From: Verrucomicrobiales bacterium
Lineage (GTDB): Bacteria > Verrucomicrobiota > Verrucomicrobiia > Limisphaerales > CAIMTB01
NCBI GenBank assembly: GCA_020845805.1
Contig: JADLFD010000186.1
Coordinates: forward strand, 16,034-80,033
Direction of reading: 5' to 3'
Length of the DNA stretch: 64,000 bases
The notes under the pieces were generated by a model. The model saw only the letters and a program-made list of their open reading frames with translations. It searched no databases and was not told the DNA's origin. Below are positions 52,544-60,927 of the stretch, piece by piece. The first letter of the stretch is position 1. Each line of letters opens with the position of its first letter. The position numbers and the translations under genes are program-made.

Positions 52544-52948
52544 GTGCGACCTCCGGTTTTCCAGATCTCTGTTTCCCTTCCTGGTTTGAGGCCCGCCCAG
52601 CATCTGGTGCGGGCCTTTCCATTGACGATTGGGCGTTCTGCGGACTGCGGATGCCGGATTGAGGCAGCGGGAGTCTGGGACCAACACCTCCTCGTCACTC
52701 AGGATCGTCGCGGATCGCTGCAGGCGCAGGTGGTCGGGAATGCTCTGGCCAGTGTGAACGGGGAGCGGTTTGAGGAGCGTCCGCTGCGCCTCGGGGAACG
52801 CCTCACGCTGGGGACGGCGGTGGTGGAGTTGGCGCTCGCGCCAGTGGTTCGGAAGCCACTGTGGCGCCAGGAGTTGCTCGTGGGGATGCTGCTCCTCGGC
52901 GTGCTGGCCGGGCAGGTGGCGGCCGGGTGGTGGTTGGTGACTCGCTAG
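52544..52948 (+). CDS. Small FHA-like domain protein with C-terminal TM anchor
   Basis: FPLTIGRSADCGCRI...VWDQHLLV...ASVNGERF...LRLGERLTLGTAVVEL follows the FHA spacing, and ELLVGMLLLGVLAGQVAAGWWLV is hydrophobic. GTG start 11 nt after the wza-like stop. Confidence 0.6.
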   Translation: MRPPVFQISVSLPGLRPAQHLVRAFPLTIGRSADCGCRIEAAGVWDQHLLVTQDRRGSLQAQVVGNALASVNGERFEERPLRLGERLTLGTAVVELALAPVVRKPLWRQELLVGMLLLGVLAGQVAAGWWLVTR

Positions 52949-52961
52949 GGAGCGGCGGTGG

Positions 52962-53004
52962 GGGGAGAAAGCAAACGCCCCGGCATCAGAACGATGGCGG
53001 GGCG
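52962..53004 (-). terminator. Rho-independent terminator of infC
   Basis: On the minus strand: CGCCCCG, 15-nt loop, CGGGGCG, followed by TTTGCTTTCTC. Lies 42 nt downstream of the infC stop. Confidence 0.55.
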
Positions 53005-53045
53005 CACAATCGGGTCGAACCCAGGTGAGGCTAGTGCCTCTGAGG

Positions 53046-53849
53046 CTATTGCTTCTGGATATCGAGACCTTCGAACGGGCTATTCGCGAACCCGGCCGAC
53101 TTCGAGGACGAGGATTTGCCGTGCGCCGGGGCGCTATTGTTTCCGTGACCCCCGCCGCCTGCCGCGGTTTCTTGGGCGGGACGAGGGGGAGTGGTGGAAA
53201 CGGCAGGAGTACCCGCCGGCGTTTCGTCGGGCCCTGCCTCCGTCGTCTCGGCCTTCTTGCCCGCCTCACCCTGGTCAGCCTCAGAAGGGTGCTTGGCGCG
53301 TTTGCTCTTGGGCAGCGGGCTGATCATGACGTTGATCGAGCGCCCGTTCAGCTTGGGTTCGAAATCCGGATGTCCCCAGGTGGAGATCTCCTTCAGGAAC
53401 CGCCGAACCACTTGAAAGCCAAACTCGGTGTGGGCCATCTCGCGTCCGCGAAACCGAAGTGAGGCCTTCACCTTCATGTCCTCGCAGAGGAAGTCGATGG
53501 CGTGCGTCTTTTTGGTTTCGAAGTCGTGGGGGTCGATCGTCGCGCTGAGCTGGATTTCCTTAACCTTGTTCGCGTGCTGATGCTTCTTGTTCTCCTTCTG
53601 GCGCTTTTCGAGTTCGTATTTGTACTTGCCGAAGTCGACGACGCGACAGACCGGAGGATTGGCATTGGGCGCGACCTCCACCAAATCGACGCCTTTGATC
53701 CGGGCGAGGGAGATGGCTTCGCTCAGGGGCATCACCCCGAGCTGTTCCCCTTCATTGCCAATCACGCGCACTTCACGTGCGCGGATTTTACCATTGATGC
53801 GGACGGCTGGTCCGCCGGGTGCCTGACGAGGCGAGAAAGGGCGGCTCAA
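53046..53849 (-). CDS. infC: Translation initiation factor IF-3 with ~83-aa C-terminal extension
   Basis: INGKIRAREVRVIGNEGEQLGVMPLSEAISLARIKGVDLVEVAPNANPPVCRVVDFGKYKYE and C-domain KEIQLSATIDPHDFETK...FRGREMAH. TTG start at 53849, preceded by GGGGG four nt upstream. Confidence 0.9.
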   Translation of the reverse strand: MSRPFSPRQAPGGPAVRINGKIRAREVRVIGNEGEQLGVMPLSEAISLARIKGVDLVEVAPNANPPVCRVVDFGKYKYELEKRQKENKKHQHANKVKEIQLSATIDPHDFETKKTHAIDFLCEDMKVKASLRFRGREMAHTEFGFQVVRRFLKEISTWGHPDFEPKLNGRSINVMISPLPKSKRAKHPSEADQGEAGKKAETTEAGPDETPAGTPAVSTTPPRPAQETAAGGGGHGNNSAPAHGKSSSSKSAGFANSPFEGLDIQKQ

Positions 53850-53932
53850 GCAACCCCCACGAGTTGAGTAATCATTACGCTAGCGCGCAACGCCACTTGG
53901 GTTCCGTACATGCAAGACACTTCTGGGTGAGC

Positions 53933-53961
53933 GATATAGGCTTCCTGCGCCAAGGCTGCAA
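53933..53961 (-). promoter_or_regulatory. Candidate sigma70-type promoter of infC
   Basis: On the minus strand: TTGCAG (53961-53956), exactly 17 nt, TATATC (53938-53933). An A-tract (CACAAAAATCGCTC) lies just upstream of the -35. About 75-85 nt upstream of the TTG start. Confidence 0.35.
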
Positions 53962-54060
53962 GAGCGATTTTTGTGAGGCCTCGTACGGGACGGCGTCCCG
54001 GGCGGAGGTCTCGAGGGGTTTGGGGAGGAGAAAAGTGGTGCTGCCCGGGCCAGGGGGGGA

Positions 54061-54432
54061 TCACTCGGAGGGCAGCGAAATCACGCTGCTGGCCGTGTTG
54101 GTGCCGAGCTTCCCCGACAGCGTGGCGGTGGGCATGGCGCCGACGGAGTTGATGTTGTACTGCTCGCCAGCGATGGCTTTAGGCCAGCCGTCGTAAGGCT
54201 TCAGATCGTCGGCGCTCGGCGTTTCGCCACTGCCTTTGTTGTTCTCCAGCGCCCAGAGGTTCTTGGCGGCGTCGATCTTTCGCAGGTTCTGCTCGATCAT
54301 CTTCAGTTGGGCTCGTTCCCGGTTCTTGCTGATGTTGGGGATGATCGCAATGGCGAGAAGTCCGATGATGCCAACCACGATCATGATTTCAATGAGCGTG
54401 AAGGCGGACCTGCGAATCGGTTTGATCTTCAT
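54061..54432 (-). CDS. Prepilin-type N-terminal cleavage/methylation domain protein (T2SS GspG-like pseudopilin)
   Basis: MKIKPIRRSAFTLIEIMIVVGIIGLLAIAIIPN. 123 aa. Lower GC than the surroundings. Confidence 0.8.
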   Translation of the reverse strand: MKIKPIRRSAFTLIEIMIVVGIIGLLAIAIIPNISKNRERAQLKMIEQNLRKIDAAKNLWALENNKGSGETPSADDLKPYDGWPKAIAGEQYNINSVGAMPTATLSGKLGTNTASSVISLPSE

Positions 54433-54516
54433 GGTGTGCTGCGGTGAAACGTCCGTCGGGCGGCGACTCCAACTTGATTTCGACGTCAAGCTAGGTGGCC
54501 CCGGTATCAGTCGTCA

Positions 54517-56076
54517 ATGGCAAGGGAACACCATTCGCAGGGAAAGGTTTCGCCCGTCTTTCAGGGATTCCGTCTGGCGCAGGGGGTCGCACCCCCCAAC
54601 CATGGCTCGGTGAATCCGTCCGCCGCCCTGTCCTCCCTCCGGCCACGCGCTGGGCCCGACCGCGCTGGCATCCGAGAGCGCCTGGCTGGAGAATCCCGGC
54701 GCCGATTCCTGACCCGAGGGGCGGCGATGATTTCCGGTGTATCGATGGCGCTGGCGACGGGTTGTGCCGGCGGTAGGCGTGGCCGTGTGTTTTTGGCTCG
54801 GTTCATGGCCGACATCACGGTTCCGCTCGGTCACGGCATGATGGGAGGAGCGTGGAAGGCCGTGCGGGTCGTGGATCCACTGGAAGTCCATGGCTGGGTC
54901 CTGCTGTCCGATACCTTGCCGATCGTGTTCGCGTCGTTGGACTGGTGTGAACTTCGTAACGAGGGCTATCACGACTGGCAGGCAGCCCTGGCTCGCGCGG
55001 CGATGACCACGCCGGACCGGGTCATGCTGACTACGGTGCACCAGCACGATGCCCCGGTGGTGGATCCGGGGGCAGAACGGCTGCTGCGCGCTCGGAGGCT
55101 TGAGGGCTCGGTGTGCGATCCCGCATTCCACCAATTGGTCCTGGAGCGGGTGGCCGCCGCGGTGCGTCGGTCCTTGTCGGATCCGATCGAGGTCACCCAC
55201 CTCGGGCACGGCCAGGCCCAGGTGGAGCGCGTGGCCTCCAACCGTCGGTACCTCATGCCGGATGGAGGGGTGCGATTCGATCGGACCAGTGCGACCCGGA
55301 ACGCGTTCGCCATCGAGGCCGGGGAAGGAGTCATTGATCCCATCCTGCGCACGCTGAGTTTCTGGTCGGGGGATGTTCCGCTGAGCACCACTTCCTTCTA
55401 CGCGGTTCATCCCATGAGCTACTACGGCCAGGGAGAGGTGTCGGCGGATTTCCCCGGGATCGCGCGGCGCTTGCGAGAGACGCAGCTGCCTGGTTGCCAG
55501 CAGATCTATGCCTCAGGGGCCAGCGGGAACGTCACGGCGGGCAAATACAACAGCGGGGCCAGGGAGAATCGCGCGGTGCTGGCTGGACGGCTTGCGGATG
55601 CCATGTCGCGGGCTTGGGACACAACCCGGCGCGTGCCGATTTCCGCCCCGGGCTTCCGTTCGTCCGCAGTGACGTTGCCGGTACGTGATTCCGCCGGATT
55701 CGATGCCGAGTCCCTGGAAGGGCAACTGCGTCCCGGCGTGGCGCCGTTCAAGCAGTGCCTTGCGGCGATGGGCCTGAGTTGGCGCGAGCGCGTCGCCACA
55801 GGAAGGCCGATCGCGGTCCCGTGCCTCGATTTTGGGGAGGCCGCGCTGGTGGTGCTTCCCGGCGAGAGCTACGTCGAGTTTCAACTCCTGGCCCAGTCGC
55901 TGCGACCGGAGGCCATGGTTTGCGTGGCTGGGTATGGTGACGGCGCGACCGGGTATGTCCCCACGGAGCGGCATCGGGAGGAGGGCGATGCTAATCTGGC
56001 GGATTGGTGCTGGGTCGGGCCCGGGTCGGAGCGAAACCTGACCGAGGCTTTGCGAGCGGTGCTGCGCCCGCGGTGA
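54517..56076 (+). CDS. Hypothetical exported protein (Tat-like signal; my impression is a neutral-ceramidase-N-like fold, unverified)
   Basis: SRRRFLTRGAAMISGVSMALATGCAG signal region. ADITVPLGHGMMGG...VHGWVLLSD...ASLDWCELRN resembles ceramidase-N-like hypothetical proteins. Start uncertain. Confidence 0.6.
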   Translation: MAREHHSQGKVSPVFQGFRLAQGVAPPNHGSVNPSAALSSLRPRAGPDRAGIRERLAGESRRRFLTRGAAMISGVSMALATGCAGGRRGRVFLARFMADITVPLGHGMMGGAWKAVRVVDPLEVHGWVLLSDTLPIVFASLDWCELRNEGYHDWQAALARAAMTTPDRVMLTTVHQHDAPVVDPGAERLLRARRLEGSVCDPAFHQLVLERVAAAVRRSLSDPIEVTHLGHGQAQVERVASNRRYLMPDGGVRFDRTSATRNAFAIEAGEGVIDPILRTLSFWSGDVPLSTTSFYAVHPMSYYGQGEVSADFPGIARRLRETQLPGCQQIYASGASGNVTAGKYNSGARENRAVLAGRLADAMSRAWDTTRRVPISAPGFRSSAVTLPVRDSAGFDAESLEGQLRPGVAPFKQCLAAMGLSWRERVATGRPIAVPCLDFGEAALVVLPGESYVEFQLLAQSLRPEAMVCVAGYGDGATGYVPTERHREEGDANLADWCWVGPGSERNLTEALRAVLRPR

Positions 56077-56153
56077 TCCCCGGAGTGTCGTTCGCACGAC
56101 GCGCCCTGTCTTGCGGCTTGAGCGCGCCGTGGCCCTGTGCAAAAGGTGGCGGT

Positions 56154-57038
56154 GTGAAGATCGGGTCCAGCTTGAATCGAGTCGCCGTCGGAACCAAGGG
56201 ATGGGCACTGGCGGTCCTCGTTGGCTGGCTGGCGGGGTGTGGTGGCGAAAGGCCGGAGGTTACGCAGGCCCCCGACCCGGGGGTTGCCCCCCAAGGGGAG
56301 CCGATCCGGGGGGAACCGATCGGCGCGACTGCCGAAGTCCGTGTCGCGGTCCAGAGTGCGCCGGTTCCATCGGTTGCGGATCCGGCGAACTCCAAGCCCC
56401 AGGGAAGCACGGGCACCGTCACCACCACGACTGTTAATGCGACGGCGAGCGTGGCTGCTCCAGGGGCTGCTGCACCCGTATCCGCGGTGACCGCGCTCTC
56501 CTCTGCGACCGAGTCGAGGCGGGTTATTTCCTCGGCTGTCGCCAGCGCGGCGGAGGCGTCGTCGGGCGGCGGTGCCGGTGCCGTGAGTCTGGCCGCCAAG
56601 GTGGCGGGAACGCCGACGGAGCCCCTGACGCTGGGCTTCGATCGGTTGTCGTCGTTCAAGTACGACCTGCCGGACGGCCCGGTCGACACCAACGTCGTGA
56701 CCCAGGTGACTGCGCCGAGCCAGATTCCCGAGTCCATACGCGCGTTGAACAACCAATTCGTGGCCTTGAAGGGCTACATGCTGCCGCTGAAGGTGGAGAA
56801 GGGTCTGGTCACCGAGATGCTGATCCTACGGGACCAGTCCATGTGCTGTTATGGCGCTGTCCCTCGCATCAACGAATGGGTGAGCGTCAAGATGGTCAGC
56901 GCCGGGGCAAAGCCGGTGATGGACCAAGCCGTCACCCTCTTTGGGCGGCTCAAGGTGGGCGAGATGTACGAAAACGGATACCTCGTCGGTATTTACGCCA
57001 TCGACGGCGATCGCGTGGCGGGCCCGCTCGACATGTAG
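56154..57038 (+). CDS. Lipoprotein with C-terminal DUF3299 domain
   Basis: GTG start. Lipobox LVGWLAGCGG. Ala/Ser/Thr/Val-rich linker. C-terminal FVALKGYMLPLKVEKGLVTEMLILRDQSMCCYGAVPRINEWVSVKM fits the DUF3299 pattern. Confidence 0.65.
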   Translation: MKIGSSLNRVAVGTKGWALAVLVGWLAGCGGERPEVTQAPDPGVAPQGEPIRGEPIGATAEVRVAVQSAPVPSVADPANSKPQGSTGTVTTTTVNATASVAAPGAAAPVSAVTALSSATESRRVISSAVASAAEASSGGGAGAVSLAAKVAGTPTEPLTLGFDRLSSFKYDLPDGPVDTNVVTQVTAPSQIPESIRALNNQFVALKGYMLPLKVEKGLVTEMLILRDQSMCCYGAVPRINEWVSVKMVSAGAKPVMDQAVTLFGRLKVGEMYENGYLVGIYAIDGDRVAGPLDM

Positions 57039-57118
57039 GGTAGGCCGCCAACCCGCGGCCCTGTCCGAGCGGAGGGGGATCTGGGGGAGCAGCAGTGAAA
57101 AGGACGGAACGACTCTGA

Positions 57119-57802
57119 TCAGGGCGCGGCGGGGGCGCCCGAGGCGTCCGGATTCGGCTGGGTATGGCGGATATCCTGCGCTTCGGAGAAGTAGACCACT
57201 TCTTCGGCGATGTTTTTGGCATGATCCCCGATGCGCTCCAGTCGCTTGGAGATGGCCATGAGGTTTAGGCACCGGGAGATGTTCGCGGGGTTTTCCGCGA
57301 TGAAGCTCGTCAGTTCGCGGTGGAGCTGCTTGTTGAGCAGGTCGACTTCCTTGTCCCTCGGGATCACCGCGCGCGCTCTTTCGGAGTTGCTGTCGACAAA
57401 GGCGGAGATGGCGGTCTCGAGCATTTCGAGGACCATGTTGGCCATGCGCGGGAGGTCGACGTAGGGCTTGAGGAGGGGTTCGCGGTTGAGTTCCCGGGCG
57501 CGCCGGGCAATGGCGGTGGCTTCATCCCCGACTCGCTCGAGGTCGTGGCTGATCTTGGTGGCGACCATGATCAATCTCAGGTCCCGCGCGAGTGGAGCGC
57601 GAAGCAGCAAGAGAACGGCCACCTCGTCGACATCCTTTTCGAGCGTGTCGAGGGCGGTGTCCTCATCCTCAACCTTGTTTGCCAGATCATCGTCACGATC
57701 GATCATGGCCTTCACGGCTTGCCGCACGGCGGTGGAGGCGAGGCTCGCCATGGTGAGGAGGCGCTCGCGGAGCCCGCGGATGTCGGCTTCGAAGTGGGTC
57801 AT
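57119..57802 (-). CDS. phoU: Phosphate signaling complex protein PhoU
   Basis: Two PhoU repeats (DLERVGDEATAIAR; RLERIGDHAKNIAEE). Last gene of the pst operon. Confidence 0.9.
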   Translation of the reverse strand: MTHFEADIRGLRERLLTMASLASTAVRQAVKAMIDRDDDLANKVEDEDTALDTLEKDVDEVAVLLLLRAPLARDLRLIMVATKISHDLERVGDEATAIARRARELNREPLLKPYVDLPRMANMVLEMLETAISAFVDSNSERARAVIPRDKEVDLLNKQLHRELTSFIAENPANISRCLNLMAISKRLERIGDHAKNIAEEVVYFSEAQDIRHTQPNPDASGAPAAP

Positions 57803-57824
57803 GGCTTGGGGGTGGGGAATCGTC

Positions 57825-58652
57825 TCAACCGAACCGGCCGGTGACGTAGTCTTCGGTCTGTTTGCGCTGGGGATTGGTGAAGATGCGCGTCGTGCGATCG
57901 TACTCGATGAGTTCGCCGATGTAGAAGAACGCAGTGTAGTCCGAAATACGTGTCGCCTGCTGCATGTTGTGGGTCACGATCACGATGGTGAACTCCTTCT
58001 TCAGGTCGAGGATGAGTTCCTCGACCTTCATGGTGGCGATGGGGTCAAGGGCGCTGGCGGGTTCGTCCATCAGCAGGATCTCGGGGCGGATGGCGATGGC
58101 GCGCGCGATGCACAGGCGCTGTTGCTGGCCGCCGGAGAGCCCGAGCGCACTCTCGTGTAAGCGATCCTTGACCTCGTCCCATAGTGCGGCGCCGCGGAGG
58201 GAACGCTCGACCACTTCATCGAGGGTCTTGCGATCGCGGGTCCCGTGGAGCCGAAGGCCGTAGGCGATGTTTTCGAAAATGGATTTGGGGAAGGGATTGG
58301 ACTTCTGGAACACCATCCCGACCCTCTTTCGTAGTTCAATGACATCGACGTCCGGACCGAGGATGTCTTCGCCGCCAATGCGGCATTGGCCCTGGACGCG
58401 GACGGTGTCGATCAGGTCATTCATCCGGTTGAAGCAACGGAGGAAGGTGGATTTGCCGCAACCGGAGGGACCGATGAAGGCGGTCACGACCTTCTCCTGG
58501 ATCTTCAGGGAGATGCTCTTCAGCGCCTGGGCCTTGCCGTAAAACAGGCTCAATCCCTCGGTTTCAATGATCGAGCGCTGGACCGCTTCCGGGCTTGGAG
58601 GAGACCCAGATTCCGTGGCCGGCCGGGGGCGAGGGGGGAATACGTCTGACAT
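57825..58652 (-). CDS. pstB: Phosphate ABC transporter ATP-binding protein
   Basis: [55 protein letters not shown]. Confidence 0.95.
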   Translation of the reverse strand: MSDVFPPRPRPATESGSPPSPEAVQRSIIETEGLSLFYGKAQALKSISLKIQEKVVTAFIGPSGCGKSTFLRCFNRMNDLIDTVRVQGQCRIGGEDILGPDVDVIELRKRVGMVFQKSNPFPKSIFENIAYGLRLHGTRDRKTLDEVVERSLRGAALWDEVKDRLHESALGLSGGQQQRLCIARAIAIRPEILLMDEPASALDPIATMKVEELILDLKKEFTIVIVTHNMQQATRISDYTAFFYIGELIEYDRTTRIFTNPQRKQTEDYVTGRFG

Positions 58653-58664
58653 GGGAGGACTCGA

Positions 58665-59597
58665 TCAGTGGGCGGCGCGCATCTGTCGTCGGATCCGGGA
58701 TCGGACGATGACCGCGATCAGGTTGAGACCGAAGGTGAGGGCGAGAAGGACCACCACGGTGCCGAAGAGGATGGGGCTGGTGAGTTCGACGTTGGGTGAC
58801 TGGGTGGAGAGCACATAGACGTGGTAGGCCAGATCCATGAACTGGTCGGTCAGGGACTTGGGGGTGTCCCTGAGATAATACGCGGCGCCAGTGAAGAGGA
58901 TCGGGGCCACCTCGCCGGCGGCGCGGCTGATGGCGAGGATTCCACCCGTGAGGATGCCCGGCAGGGCGTTGGGCAGCACGATCCGCAGGATGGTTTCCAG
59001 CTTGGTCGCCCCGAGCGCGAGACTGGCCTCGCGGAGCCCCGGTTGGATGGCCTTCAGGGCTTCCTCAGTGGCGACGATGACCACGGGGACGGTCATGACG
59101 GCGAGGGTGAGAGATGCCCAGAGCAGCGCGGGTTTGCCCCAGTGTGGCTCGGGGGATCCGGAGAGGCTGTCGAGGGAGCCGCCCAGGAAGCTGATGAAGA
59201 AGCCGACGCCAAAAAGCCCGAAGACGATGCTGGGCACTCCGGCCAGGTTGTTCACGGCACTGCGGATGAACCGCGTGAGGAGCGACCCGGAGCGCGCATA
59301 CTCGGTGAGGTAGATGGCGGTGATGACTCCCACCGGAATCACGAAAACCGTCATGAGCAATACGCGAGCCGCGGTCCCGATGATCATCGGAAAGATCCCG
59401 GCCCTCGAGGCGTCGAACATGTCGGTGTCCGTTCCGCCGGTGATAAAATGCCAGGACACCTGTCCGCCACCCCGCCAGAAGAGATACCCCAGGATGACGC
59501 CCAGGATGGCCAGGATGAAAAGCGTCGCCAGGCCAGTCAGCCCGGTGAAGAACGCAGCGACGGGATCGATCGAGGGTTTGTTGAAACGTCCCTTCAT
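58665..59597 (-). CDS. pstA: Phosphate ABC transporter permease PstA
   Basis: MKGRFNKPSIDPVAAFF..., EAA-loop region REASLALGATKLETILRIVLP. Start chosen at 59597 (4-nt overlap with pstC). Confidence 0.9.
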   Translation of the reverse strand: MKGRFNKPSIDPVAAFFTGLTGLATLFILAILGVILGYLFWRGGGQVSWHFITGGTDTDMFDASRAGIFPMIIGTAARVLLMTVFVIPVGVITAIYLTEYARSGSLLTRFIRSAVNNLAGVPSIVFGLFGVGFFISFLGGSLDSLSGSPEPHWGKPALLWASLTLAVMTVPVVIVATEEALKAIQPGLREASLALGATKLETILRIVLPNALPGILTGGILAISRAAGEVAPILFTGAAYYLRDTPKSLTDQFMDLAYHVYVLSTQSPNVELTSPILFGTVVVLLALTFGLNLIAVIVRSRIRRQMRAAH

Positions 59598-60781
59598 TTC
59601 TTTCCCTCCAGCCGGCCTTTGAGCCGGTGGATGACGACGTCTCCGGCGAGATTGGTCAGGAAGGTCACGATGAAGAGCAGGGTGCCCAGGACAAAGAGCA
59701 TGCGGTAGTGGTGGCCCCCGACCACGGTCTCCCCGAGTTCCGCCGCGATGGTGGCGGTGATGGTGCGCACCGGTTCGATCAGGCTGGGGGAGAGAATCGC
59801 GGCGTTTCCACTGGCGATCAGGACCACCATGGTTTCGCCGATGCAACGGCCGAAGCCCAACACCACCGCGGCGAAGAGCCCGGGGATGGCGGCCGGCACG
59901 ACGATCTGCCACGCCGCGGCCCATTTGGAGGCGCCGAGCGCCAGGGCGGCCTGGGTGTAGCTGCGGGGCACGCTGGTGAGCGCATCCTCGGCAATCGAGA
60001 AGATAACCGGCACACAGGTGAGCCCGAGTGCGATTCCGGCCAGGAAGGCGTTCAGCCGGTATTGGTAACCGAACAGGGACTGCAGGGCGGTCGCGAGGAC
60101 GAGCAGGGCGAACGCGCCCAGGACCACTGAGGGCACCGCCGACAGCATCTCGATGGCGGGCTTGATCCACTCCTTCCACCGTGGATTGGCCAATTGGGAG
60201 ACGTAGATCGCCGCCGCAAGGGAGAGGGGAACGGCGAAGAGGAGGGCCACGATGGTGGTCTTCAGGCTGCCGACCACCAGCGGCATGATGTTGTACTTGT
60301 GGATCCCCGAGACGGGCTGCCAGACGTACACCGGTTTGTCATAGTCGGACCATTGGAAGGGGAAGAGGAGATAGCGCCAGGCCACGGTGTTGAGCTCGGC
60401 GTCGCGACTCGGTTTCTCCTCGGCGGAGGCTTCGATCCGAACCTCCATCAGGGACTGGATGGTGTCCCGATCCATGGAACTGAACTCTTGGGCACTGAGC
60501 CCGAGGTAGGCTCGCAACTGGGCCGGCGTCAGCGTGTTCATCGCCTCCACCGGGAGGGGCTTCTCCTGCGCGGCAGCGCTCGAGACCCGGCCCAGCAGAA
60601 CGGGAAATGCCTCCCGGCCGACGAACAGGAAGATCAGAAAGACCATCGCGATCGTGGACAGCGAGATGGCGAGGATCAGCTTTTCGGCGATGACTTCACC
60701 CAGGCGGGCCTGGTGCCCACGGCGGATTCCCATCCAGCCTTCCGTACGTCGAGGCTTTGCAGTGGGGATGTGTTCGGGCAC
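59594..60781 (-). CDS. pstC: Phosphate ABC transporter permease PstC (long form with extended first periplasmic loop)
   Basis: SIAEDALTSVPRSYTQAALALGASKWAAAWQIVVP EAA-loop; multi-TM. GTG at 60781, alternative ATG at 60733. Confidence 0.9.
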   Translation of the reverse strand: MPEHIPTAKPRRTEGWMGIRRGHQARLGEVIAEKLILAISLSTIAMVFLIFLFVGREAFPVLLGRVSSAAAQEKPLPVEAMNTLTPAQLRAYLGLSAQEFSSMDRDTIQSLMEVRIEASAEEKPSRDAELNTVAWRYLLFPFQWSDYDKPVYVWQPVSGIHKYNIMPLVVGSLKTTIVALLFAVPLSLAAAIYVSQLANPRWKEWIKPAIEMLSAVPSVVLGAFALLVLATALQSLFGYQYRLNAFLAGIALGLTCVPVIFSIAEDALTSVPRSYTQAALALGASKWAAAWQIVVPAAIPGLFAAVVLGFGRCIGETMVVLIASGNAAILSPSLIEPVRTITATIAAELGETVVGGHHYRMLFVLGTLLFIVTFLTNLAGDVVIHRLKGRLEGKK

Positions 60782-60882
60782 GACGGCAGCCTAGAAGGGT
60801 GGAGGTTGGATCGCCAACGGACAATTGCGTGACGGAATCCGTGGGAGGATGAAACCGGGACCGGGGGTGTGTGGACCCCGAT

Positions 60883-60907
60883 GCCGGATCCCGGTGATGG
60901 ATCCGGC
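60883..60907 (-). promoter_or_regulatory. Intercistronic pstS-pstC hairpin (possible mRNA-stability or attenuation element)
   Basis: 9-bp perfect stem GCCGGATCC / GGATCCGGC (a 10th T-A pair is possible), 7-nt loop, 21 nt downstream of the pstS stop. No U-tract. Confidence 0.4.
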
Positions 60908-60927
60908 ACGCGACGGCTGGCGGGGGA

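Noticed and set aside
59598-60179. Upstream extension of the pstA ORF overlapping pstC
   Set aside because: The extension is out of frame with the clear pstC coding sequence and has Arg/Pro/Gly-rich composition. MKGRFNK at 59597 gives a normal-length PstA with the usual 4-nt overlap.
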